Source of the DNA: Vulcanimicrobiota bacterium
Lineage (GTDB): Bacteria; Vulcanimicrobiota; Vulcanimicrobiia; Vulcanimicrobiales; Vulcanimicrobiaceae
NCBI GenBank assembly: GCA_963795855.1
Contig: CAWCIZ010000003.1
Span: 256,001 to 320,000 of the forward strand
Reading direction: 5' to 3'
Length of the DNA: 64,000 nucleotides
Part shown: positions 39,204 to 47,648 of the stretch, one piece after another
Layout: every line of letters starts with the position of its first letter
Numbering within the stretch: the stretch's first letter is position 1
Position numbers and translations under genes: made by a program
The notes under the pieces: model-generated
Database searches by the model: none
Seen by the model: only the letters and a program-made list of their open reading frames with translations
Told to the model about the DNA's origin: nothing

Positions 39204-40181
39204 TTATACCCTAGGCGCCTCACCTTGGCGGGAAGCCCAAGCGCGCTGCGCCTTTGCCAGCGCCGGTTCCAGCTTGGCCGGTTTCCACTTCCGCCCGCCC
39301 CACAAGTCGCCGACGCGCTCTAGGCGCTTGCGCGCATTGCGAAGCGTCCACTGGCCGATGAAGGCTTCCGGCGAGCTGCGCTTCTTCGCGAGCTCTTCGA
39401 CCTCCGACCAATCGAGCGGCATCGACACAGGCGCGCCGTCGCGCGCGCGAACGATATACGGCGGCACGACGGTTTTACCGCGCGCGACCTGTCCCCAATC
39501 CAAGTACACTGCGGTTTTCGGTCGTTTCGCGATACTGCGCTCCACCGTCGTGAGATCGGGCAGGACCGCCGCGACGTGCTCCACCGCGATCTCCGCAAAG
39601 CGCCGCGCGGTTTCGAAGTCGTACTGATTCTCGAGCGGCACGACCAGATGAAAGCCGGACGAGCCGGAAGTCTTCACCAGCGAGGGCAGACCTATCGCCG
39701 CGAGCTGGTCGCGAAACTCGAGCGTCACGCGCGCGAGCGTGCCGAGCGTGGTCTTCTCGCACGTGTCGAGATCGAACAGGACGTAGTCGGGAGATTCCGG
39801 CGTCGGCACGTGCGAATACCACACGTGCAGCACGATTGAGGCGAGATTCGCGCACCATGCAAGCGTCGCTTCGTCGTTGCACAGCATGTACGCGACTTTA
39901 CGCGATCGTTGATCCGCGGAAAGCGCTTGCGTCGGAATCCACTCGGGCGCGAATCGGGGCGCCTGCTTTTCGAAGAAAAACTGGGCGTCGATCCCGTCCG
40001 GCCAGCGCTGCAGCGTCAGCGGCCGGTCTTTGAGATGCGGAATCAGCCATTTCGCAACGCTGCGGTAGTATTCGATGAGATCGCCTTTGGTGTAGCCATC
40101 GCGCGGCCAAAGCACTTTGTCGACGTTCGAAAGCGAAACGGTTCGGCCCCCGATACTCGTTTCGAGCTTCTTCGGCGGCAT
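39204..40181 (-). CDS. stand-alone LigD polymerase (primase-polymerase) domain
   Basis: DKVLWP...TKGDLI.YY, R.PDG, FDLD, KTSGSSGFH, PVSMPLDW. Confidence 0.93.
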   Translation of the reverse strand: MPPKKLETSIGGRTVSLSNVDKVLWPRDGYTKGDLIEYYRSVAKWLIPHLKDRPLTLQRWPDGIDAQFFFEKQAPRFAPEWIPTQALSADQRSRKVAYMLCNDEATLAWCANLASIVLHVWYSHVPTPESPDYVLFDLDTCEKTTLGTLARVTLEFRDQLAAIGLPSLVKTSGSSGFHLVVPLENQYDFETARRFAEIAVEHVAAVLPDLTTVERSIAKRPKTAVYLDWGQVARGKTVVPPYIVRARDGAPVSMPLDWSEVEELAKKRSSPEAFIGQWTLRNARKRLERVGDLWGGRKWKPAKLEPALAKAQRAWASRQGEAPRV

Positions 40182-41857
40182 CAGGCGACTACGTCCGCGT
40201 CGATCGGCCGCTCGCGCACGCAGTCTTTCGCGCTCTTGTCCAATCGAAGACCCAGAAACGCCGGCTGACGCAAATATCCGTCGCGAGTCCATTCGGTAAA
40301 GCGAACCTGCGCGACCATCTTCGGCTCGACCCAGTGGGGCCGCGTATTGGAATCGACGCGATTCGCGAACGGCGAGGTCTTGCGTTCGATGCTCTTCAGA
40401 TCGGCCGTCAGGCTTTTCAGCAGTTTCGTGTTGAACCCGGTTCCCACATGACCGACGTAGTGCAGTTCTTTTCCGTCGTAGAGGCCTAAGAGCAGTGCGC
40501 CGAACCCGGTGCGGCTGCCGCGAGGTTCGGTGAATCCGCCGACGACGCACTCCTGCATCAACTGCGCTTTGATCTTCACCCAATCGCGAGTCCGCCGTTC
40601 GACGTAGTGAGAGTCGCGGCGTTTGCCGATGATGCCTTCGAGTTCTTGTTTTTCCGCTTGAGCGAACAAGGCGCAGCCGTTTCCAATCACGTGCTTGGAG
40701 TACATGACCAAATCCTCGTCGGCGATCGCGCGCTCGAGCAGATCTTTGCGATCCTCGAGCGGCGTTTTGCGCAAGTCCTTGCCGTCGGCGTATAATAGGT
40801 CGAACGCGGCGAATGTGAGCGCGTTGCGCTTTCGCGGCGCGCCGGCACCGCGGCGGCTCATCAAGGACTCTTGCAGGCGTTGAAACGACGACCGCCCCTG
40901 CGAATCCAAACTCACGATCTCGCCGTCGACGACGATGGGCAGCGTTTTCCACGCAGTTGCGAGGCTCTGGAGTTCCGGAAATTTCTTGAGCAGATCCAGA
41001 CCGTTGCGCGAAAGGAGCTCCGTCGTGCCGTCTTCGTGCACGGTGCATATAGCGCGATAGCCGTCCCACTTGATTTCGAATAGCCACTCGGCATCGTCGA
41101 ACGGCTCATCGACGAGCGTCGCCAGCATCGGCGTACTAATCGTCGGAATGGGGTCGCGCTTCCCGCGGTTCTTCGCCGCGCTCAGGCCTTTCGCGCGGCC
41201 CCTATCGGCTTTTTTTTTACTCGATATCCAATGCGGCGCTTTCGGATCTTCCGCGTACGACTCGACGGTGCGGCCGGTCTTGACCGACTTATTGTCCTTC
41301 TCGATGTTGTACTTCGTATTCACGAACTCGTCGTGATCTTTGATGAGCAGCCACGGGTCGCCGCTTTCCGTATTGCGGCCGCGGATACGCACAAGCGTGA
41401 ATTCGCCGCGCATCTTCTCGCCGTGCATGACGAATTTGATTTTTCCCTTCCCGATTTCCGCAGCAGCATCGTCGCCTTCTGCCAGGCTGTACGTGCCCTG
41501 ATCCCACACGATCACCTCGCCCGCGCCATAGTTGCCTTCGGGAATGATGCCCTCGAAAGTGCGGTAATCCATCGGGTGATCCTCGACGTGCATGGCGAGA
41601 CGTCGATCCGTCGGATTGAACGAGGGGCCTTTGGGAACGGCCCACGACTTGAGTACGCCGTCCGCTTCCAGCCGAAAATCGTAATGCAAACGGCTGGCTC
41701 GGTGTTTCTGAATCACGAAACGCAGCCGCGGACTACCCTTTTTGCGCGCGCCGCGCGGCTCGGGCGTCGCTTCGAAGTCGCGCTTTTTGTGATAGCGCTC
41801 GAGCGAACCGGACTCGCGTGTAGTCCGGTTCGCTCCGCTCTTCCTTGCTCCCGGCAT
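40181..41857 (-). CDS. ligD: LigD phosphoesterase + ATP-dependent ligase
   Basis: QKHRASRLHYDFRLE, SWAVPKGP, EIKWDGYR, EGIIGK, WVKIK. Confidence 0.95.
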   Translation of the reverse strand: MPGARKSGANRTTRESGSLERYHKKRDFEATPEPRGARKKGSPRLRFVIQKHRASRLHYDFRLEADGVLKSWAVPKGPSFNPTDRRLAMHVEDHPMDYRTFEGIIPEGNYGAGEVIVWDQGTYSLAEGDDAAAEIGKGKIKFVMHGEKMRGEFTLVRIRGRNTESGDPWLLIKDHDEFVNTKYNIEKDNKSVKTGRTVESYAEDPKAPHWISSKKKADRGRAKGLSAAKNRGKRDPIPTISTPMLATLVDEPFDDAEWLFEIKWDGYRAICTVHEDGTTELLSRNGLDLLKKFPELQSLATAWKTLPIVVDGEIVSLDSQGRSSFQRLQESLMSRRGAGAPRKRNALTFAAFDLLYADGKDLRKTPLEDRKDLLERAIADEDLVMYSKHVIGNGCALFAQAEKQELEGIIGKRRDSHYVERRTRDWVKIKAQLMQECVVGGFTEPRGSRTGFGALLLGLYDGKELHYVGHVGTGFNTKLLKSLTADLKSIERKTSPFANRVDSNTRPHWVEPKMVAQVRFTEWTRDGYLRQPAFLGLRLDKSAKDCVRERPIDADVVA

Positions 41858-41882
41858 TCTGCTGCCGTCCTACTCCGTCAGA

Positions 41883-42041
41883 CTAGAGGCGCGCCCCTCG
41901 TCCGGTCAAGAGATTGATGATCAGCAGAATGACGGCCACCACGATCACGATGTGGATGATGCCCCCGATATGCCACACCAAGAAGCCGAGCAGCCATAGG
42001 ATGAACAGAATGACGATGATCGTCCAAAGTATACCAGCCAC
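41883..42041 (-). CDS. lmo0937/DUF5670-like small membrane protein (52 aa)
   Basis: Manual translation MAGILWTIIVILFILWLLGFLVWHIGGIIHIVIVVAVILLIINLLTGRGARL*; GGAGG RBS. Confidence 0.85.
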   Translation of the reverse strand: MAGILWTIIVILFILWLLGFLVWHIGGIIHIVIVVAVILLIINLLTGRGARL

Positions 42042-42044
42042 GTG

Positions 42045-42257
42045 TTAGCCTCCACCGCCGGGATTGACGTGTGTCGTCGTTGTTGAGTTAGTTGCCGAAC
42101 CACTTGTCGATCCCGTGGTCGAACTCGTGACGGTCCACGGATGCCAGACGAATACGGCAATGAGAATGGCAACCAGCACGACAATCACGATGCCGAGCGC
42201 CGCCGCTCCGCCGCCGTGTTCACCGTCGCTGTGCACTACAACCGGGCCATCAGCCAT
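42045..42257 (-). CDS. small single-TM protein with Ser/Thr-rich tail
   Basis: AAAGGAG RBS; MADGPVVV...GIVIVVLVAILIAVFVW. Confidence 0.75.
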   Translation of the reverse strand: MADGPVVVHSDGEHGGGAAALGIVIVVLVAILIAVFVWHPWTVTSSTTGSTSGSATNSTTTTHVNPGGGG

Positions 42258-42345
42258 ACAGGTTCTTGCTCCTTTCGTCGTTGCAGTGCGCCACTTATAC
42301 CCACGACCGGCAAGCGCCAACGCGTTTACGAACGAAGGGTGCCTG

Positions 42346-42624
42346 ATGTGGAGCGCGCTCGGACTCGGCCTATCAATTCTGGTGTGCATAGCGGCGACGT
42401 ATAAAAGCAAGCGCGGGGGCGGCAGCTTTTACGCGAATGAAGTGTACGGGATGACCCCTAAATCGCATCGCGCTTACGCTGCCGTCAGCGCGCTCTTTGC
42501 CGCGCTCTTCGCGGTCTCGTTCTTCGTTCGGGTGGTTCCAACCGTGCCGCTGCTCGCGGCGTATGCGCTCGTCTTCCTCTTTTACGTGTCTTCGTTCGCG
42601 CGCGGGTTCAGCGATGAAGAATAG
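42346..42624 (+). CDS. small membrane protein
   Basis: Three hydrophobic segments; directly precedes the DUF255 gene. Confidence 0.65.
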   Translation: MWSALGLGLSILVCIAATYKSKRGGGSFYANEVYGMTPKSHRAYAAVSALFAALFAVSFFVRVVPTVPLLAAYALVFLFYVSSFARGFSDEE

Positions 42625-42638
42625 CCAAGGATATCGGG

Positions 42639-44351
42639 ATGCACTTTTCGCCGCGCCCGAATCGCGCCCACGAAATTGCCTGGATGTCCTGGGGCAGCGA
42701 AGGTTTCGAACGCGCGAAGCGCGAGGACAAGCCGGTTCTGCTCGCAATCTCGGCCGTGTGGTGTCATTGGTGCCACGTCATGGACGAAACCTCGTATTCG
42801 GACGAATCGGTCATCGCCGCGATAAACGAACGCTACGTCGCGATTCGCGTTGATAACGACCGCCGCCCCGACGTCAACGCACGCTACAACCAAGGCGGAT
42901 GGCCGACCACGGCGTTTTTGACGCCGGATGGAGCGCTGCTCGCCGGCGCTACGTATTTGCCGCCGGACCAGATGCGTCAAGCCCTCGAGCAGATCGCGCA
43001 CTTTTACCGCTCCAATCGCGAGGATATCGCGTTGCGCGCCGCGCAGATTCGCCGCCCTCGCGTCTATGAAGCCGCACCCGGTTCGGCACTGTGCGAGGAA
43101 GTCGTCGAAAAGGTCCGCGACACTGCTGCGCAGGCGTATGACCAGGAGTACGCCGGCTTCGGTACTGCGCCGAAGTTTCCGATGATTGACGTTTTGGAGT
43201 TTTTGCTGCAAGAGTATCGCGTGACCGGCGAGCAGCGCTGCTTCGACATGGTCGCAAAATCACTGCTCGCGATGTCCAGCGCCGGCATGTACGACCACGT
43301 CGAAGGCGGTTTTTTTCGCTACTCGACGACCCGCGACTGGAGCGTTCCGCATTTCGAGAAGATGACCGAAGACCACGCCGGCCTGATCCGGCTGCTCTCC
43401 ATCCTCGTGCGCACGACTCGCAACGACCGCTTTCGCCAGACGCTGCTCTCCAGCACCGCGTACGTGCGCAACGTGCTGCGCGATCCCGCCTCGCGTCTTT
43501 TCGGTGGAAGCCAAGATGCCGACGAAACGTACTATTCGCTTCCGTTGGAAGAGCGGCGCGCGATGGACGCTCCATATGTTGACCGGACGTCGTATTCGAA
43601 CTGGACCGCGGCAATGGCGGGCGCATTCGTGATGGCCGGCGACGCGCTCGAGGACGAACGCCTCGCGGCCGAAGGCGAGGCGGCGCTCGATGCGCTCCAC
43701 GACGGCATGCGCGACACGCCGGGTTTGCTCTATCATTTCATCGAGCCCGGCGGCGAACCGCGCGTTCGCGGGCTCCTCGCCGATCAGGCTGCGTATCTTC
43801 GTGCTCTGCTCGATGCCCACGAATACGGCGGAGCGCCGCGCTTTCTTGAACGGGCGCGCCGGTTCGCGCCGCTGCTGCGCGAACATTTCGGCGCTGACGC
43901 AGGCGGATATTACGATCGCGCGGGCTTTGAAGAAACGGTGGGCAATCTCGAGATCCGCGATCGCCCCTTGCCGGATAACGCGCTCGTAGCCGACTCGCTG
44001 CTACGGCTCGATGCACTCGAGGGCGACGCTCGCTACCGCTCGTCAGCCGAAGACGCCTTGCGTCTGTACGGGAACACGTACGAGCGCGCAGGTCTGTTCG
44101 CGGCACCGTTCGCACGAGCGCTGCGCCGCTATCTCTCACCGCCGGCCTACGTCAACATCGTCGGTTCTGTAGAAGCAACCGCGGAATTACGCGAAGCCGC
44201 GCACGCGCTTCCGGATCCGCTGCTCGTCGTTCACACCATCGAGCGCGACGGCGAACCGCTTGCGGCCTATCTTTGCCGGGGTACGGTGTGCGCGGCACCG
44301 GCGCGCACGACCGCCGAACTGCGCGAAGCGTACGAAACGCTGGCCGTTTAA
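42639..44351 (+). CDS. YyaL/DUF255 thioredoxin-domain protein
   Basis: WCHWCHVM, GGWP, APKFP, GGFFRYS, PHFEKM. Confidence 0.93.
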   Translation: MHFSPRPNRAHEIAWMSWGSEGFERAKREDKPVLLAISAVWCHWCHVMDETSYSDESVIAAINERYVAIRVDNDRRPDVNARYNQGGWPTTAFLTPDGALLAGATYLPPDQMRQALEQIAHFYRSNREDIALRAAQIRRPRVYEAAPGSALCEEVVEKVRDTAAQAYDQEYAGFGTAPKFPMIDVLEFLLQEYRVTGEQRCFDMVAKSLLAMSSAGMYDHVEGGFFRYSTTRDWSVPHFEKMTEDHAGLIRLLSILVRTTRNDRFRQTLLSSTAYVRNVLRDPASRLFGGSQDADETYYSLPLEERRAMDAPYVDRTSYSNWTAAMAGAFVMAGDALEDERLAAEGEAALDALHDGMRDTPGLLYHFIEPGGEPRVRGLLADQAAYLRALLDAHEYGGAPRFLERARRFAPLLREHFGADAGGYYDRAGFEETVGNLEIRDRPLPDNALVADSLLRLDALEGDARYRSSAEDALRLYGNTYERAGLFAAPFARALRRYLSPPAYVNIVGSVEATAELREAAHALPDPLLVVHTIERDGEPLAAYLCRGTVCAAPARTTAELREAYETLAV

Positions 44352-45496
44352 TTTCCGGTACGCACCAGCGCGTTCCAGAACCATACGCCGTAAAGGCTTG
44401 CGGCACAGGAGTACGCGATCAGCAGTTTTGCCCAAAGCGCGAGACGATCGCGCGCCGCAAGGAACATCAGCGCGACCAAGAACGGAATGAAATCGAGCGC
44501 GTGCCGCATGCCGTATTGCGCGAAACCGTTCACGTAATAGACGAAATTCGGAACGGCGGTGAGAATCGCCGCCAACCAGAGCGCAACCACGAGCCGTTGC
44601 GGACGCCGAGCGAAGAAGGCGTACACGAGAGCCGGACTCGTCCACGTCAGCGCCACGCCTGAAAACGAAGGACGAACCCACGGGAACGCGCTGGTGAACT
44701 GCGGATGCTGCACGAAGAACGACCACAGCTCGTACGGCAAGTAGATTAGACGAAACGGCGATCCGGACGGCATGCCGGCCTGATCTTGGTGATACCACGT
44801 CGTGTAGCCGGCGTCGGCGACCGTACCCCAGCGCACGAGGTTGTAGCGGATCCACAACACGGCCGCCGCGGCAAGCACTCCCGCAAAGCCGTACAGCGCA
44901 CCGCGCGAACGTTCGTCCTGCAGCAGCATCGCGGCGTACACCGGAATGGCGAGCGCCATCGTGAAGCGCGACTCCGCCGCACACACGGCCCAGAGCGCGA
45001 CAAGCCACCCGCGCCGTTTTCCGCAGAGTTCCACGAGCGCGAGCATTGTAAAGCAGACCGCAGCGACGTGCGCGACGAACCATACGTCGCCGAGCATCGC
45101 GCACCACGCGAGGTCCGTGCCGGCCAGCAGAAACGCGCAGATCCAGGCGTTCGCAGCCGGCGTCGCGCCGAGTCGTTCGCCCAGTTCCCATGCGGCGCCG
45201 ATCGCAACGCCCGCGAGAACGACGGCCAGAAGCGTTTGATTCGCCGCCGTGCCCGCAATGGCAACGTACGGCAGCAGCAGCACGGCCGGAAGCGGCGCTT
45301 CGATGACGTAATGCTGCCCATTGTAGCCAAGCGCGTCGATGTATGCGCCGGGCCACGTTATCCACGCATGCCCGTGCAAGAATGCATCCGCGAGCAGAAC
45401 GTAATTGTTGTACGGCGTCGAGCGGAAATGCGAGAGCAGCAGCGTGACGACGAAGCCCGCGATGCCTGCATACACTGCGCGGCGGGTGACGGTCAT
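44348..45496 (-). CDS. polytopic membrane protein, GT-C glycosyltransferase-like
   Basis: About 10 TMs, aromatic-rich loops, QYGMRH..D near the C-terminus. Confidence 0.7.
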   Translation of the reverse strand: MTVTRRAVYAGIAGFVVTLLLSHFRSTPYNNYVLLADAFLHGHAWITWPGAYIDALGYNGQHYVIEAPLPAVLLLPYVAIAGTAANQTLLAVVLAGVAIGAAWELGERLGATPAANAWICAFLLAGTDLAWCAMLGDVWFVAHVAAVCFTMLALVELCGKRRGWLVALWAVCAAESRFTMALAIPVYAAMLLQDERSRGALYGFAGVLAAAAVLWIRYNLVRWGTVADAGYTTWYHQDQAGMPSGSPFRLIYLPYELWSFFVQHPQFTSAFPWVRPSFSGVALTWTSPALVYAFFARRPQRLVVALWLAAILTAVPNFVYYVNGFAQYGMRHALDFIPFLVALMFLAARDRLALWAKLLIAYSCAASLYGVWFWNALVRTGN

Positions 45497-45519
45497 GCCG
45501 CCGCTGGTTCGGTCCGCGA

Positions 45520-46980
45520 TCAGCAATGTCCCGGCTTCAAGCGCACCGTGTAGATAGGAAACGCCGCGGATTGCGGACAGAGCAACAGGCGATGCGAACG
45601 CAAAACGGGCCGGCCGACGTAATAGACCGGACGGCGTGCCAACCATCCCGGCAGATATCGCACGTCTTGATAAGGCCACGCGATGTCTATCGTTCGCGCG
45701 CCGAACCTGCGCTCGACGTACGCAGCATAAGCCAGCGCGGTTCCTCGCGTCCAATCCGAAATCACGATCGCGTCGTTCGGTGTTTTCGCGCGCACTTCCG
45801 CAATCAACGGCTCCGCGCCGAATGCCGCCCGCGTGCGCGCGTCGGAATAATTGCCGACCAAAAGAAATGCGGCGGCGCCGGCGACGGGCAGGCGAATGAA
45901 GTTGCGGTAGCGCGGGTCCAACGTCGCCGCTCCCAGGCCGATGAGAATAGTCAGTGCGATCATCGGGATGAAGAAATACCGTTCGATTTCCACCACCGGG
46001 GGATACGCAAGCGCGAACGCCGCGGGGAGAAGCACCGAGAGCAGCAGTGCAAGCGCGACGACCGCTCTTCGCCGGAAGATCAGCGCAAGGCAAATCACCG
46101 CGGCGACCGCTCCCACCGGAGTGAATTCCGTATACATCGCCGCACCGAATGTGCCGGTTTTGGCGGAATACGCCGGAAGATCGAACATGCGCGCGATACT
46201 GCCGCCCGCGTTGAACTCCGCTCCCGTAACCAGTCGCACGAATCCATGCAGCGTCTGCGGGTTATCGGTGTTCCAGATCGCTGCGCCCGCGGGTTTGCCG
46301 ATGGACGGCGCCGGATCCAATCCGCGCGCAACGACGGCGTGGCTGCGCAGCGGTAAATACGCATAAAGCAGCAAAGGCGCCCCTGCGAGCAGCAAGCCCA
46401 GCGCCGCACTTCGCCAGGTGAACAGCCCGCGGCGAGCGGCCGCGAGCAGCAGCAGTGAAGGCAGCACGAAGAGTACGATGGGGTGCGTCGCCAAACCGAC
46501 GCCCCACGCTGCCGCGGCGGCGCCGAACGCCTTTGTGCTGCGCTCGTAGTAACCGCGCAGCGCGAAGTACAACGTCAACGCGCCGCAAAACGCGCTCATC
46601 GTATGAATCTCGGCGCGCGCGCCGTAGATCCAAAAATACCATCCGAATGCGAAGAGACAGGCGCAGCAGACCGCGGTTACACGGTCACGCGTACTTGCGG
46701 CTATCGCTCCGTAAACGAGCGCAACGCAGCCGATTGCCAGCAGCGTGCAAAACAACGAGACGCGCCATGCCGGGGTTGCAACGGGGAGAACATGCGCGAA
46801 GACGCCCGCAGAGAGGACGTAAGCCGGGAAACCCGTGGGATGCGGAATGCCGAAAATCCAGGCTACGGTTTGCATTTCGCCGGTATCCCAATACGCAATT
46901 CGGCCTTGCAGCGTTGCAAGGAACGCCGCTGCCGGAACGGCGATCCACAACAGCCCGAGACTGCGCGGAACGCGGTTCAA
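45520..46980 (-). CDS. DUF2723 (TMEM260-like) glycosyltransferase
   Basis: WDTGE...GIPHPTGFP.Y, AEIH, YLPLR. Confidence 0.88.
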   Translation of the reverse strand: MNRVPRSLGLLWIAVPAAAFLATLQGRIAYWDTGEMQTVAWIFGIPHPTGFPAYVLSAGVFAHVLPVATPAWRVSLFCTLLAIGCVALVYGAIAASTRDRVTAVCCACLFAFGWYFWIYGARAEIHTMSAFCGALTLYFALRGYYERSTKAFGAAAAAWGVGLATHPIVLFVLPSLLLLAAARRGLFTWRSAALGLLLAGAPLLLYAYLPLRSHAVVARGLDPAPSIGKPAGAAIWNTDNPQTLHGFVRLVTGAEFNAGGSIARMFDLPAYSAKTGTFGAAMYTEFTPVGAVAAVICLALIFRRRAVVALALLLSVLLPAAFALAYPPVVEIERYFFIPMIALTILIGLGAATLDPRYRNFIRLPVAGAAAFLLVGNYSDARTRAAFGAEPLIAEVRAKTPNDAIVISDWTRGTALAYAAYVERRFGARTIDIAWPYQDVRYLPGWLARRPVYYVGRPVLRSHRLLLCPQSAAFPIYTVRLKPGHC

Positions 46981-47648
46981 AATGAAGGCAAGGCGGGCGT
47001 GGGCAGCGGCTTGGGCGATTGAAACGTCGACTTCGGCAAGCGTGGCGGAAATTGATATGCACTGAACGTAATCCGCTCGCTCGCGGGCTTTCCCCGGATC
47101 TTTGCGTGCACGGCGGCGCTTACCGGCACCCAGTATTTTCCGGCTCGCGCAAACGCGACGGAACCCGTGCCGCTCATCGCCGCGGACGCGCTCTTGAAGC
47201 GAATTTCGGAAGGCAAGTACGTCCGGCCGTCGATCGTCATCCCGACCACCACGAACGAGCCTGTTGCGCCCAGGGGCACCGCCCTGTAAACGTACGAGTA
47301 ACCGCCGGCGCTGCGAATGCTGCGTAAAAATAAAAACGCGTATTCCGTCATGCGCGGCGCAAGCGTGTCGATCGTGTAGCGGTTGCGGTAGCGCGCGATG
47401 CGCGTGGTTTTGACCTTGAGCGTCTGACCGTCGACCTGCACCGTTTCATCCCGGACCAGTTCGCCGCTGCGATAAATCCGATGCGCCTGCTCGATCGTTT
47501 GCGGTCCGGCTTGTGAAACGGAATACGTAAACACCAGCGTCTTCGGAACGTCCGCCGTCAGCAAATGCGCGCCGTACCGCTGCAGAACGACTTGCGAGTC
47601 GAGCGGCGCGCTCGCGAGGGCGGCCGCCGCGAGCAGTGCCGGCAACAC
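46977..47648 (-). CDS. secreted beta-rich hypothetical protein
   Basis: Signal peptide; overlaps the alaS stop and the next start. Confidence 0.75.
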   Translation of the reverse strand: MLPALLAAAALASAPLDSQVVLQRYGAHLLTADVPKTLVFTYSVSQAGPQTIEQAHRIYRSGELVRDETVQVDGQTLKVKTTRIARYRNRYTIDTLAPRMTEYAFLFLRSIRSAGGYSYVYRAVPLGATGSFVVVGMTIDGRTYLPSEIRFKSASAAMSGTGSVAFARAGKYWVPVSAAVHAKIRGKPASERITFSAYQFPPRLPKSTFQSPKPLPTPALPSF

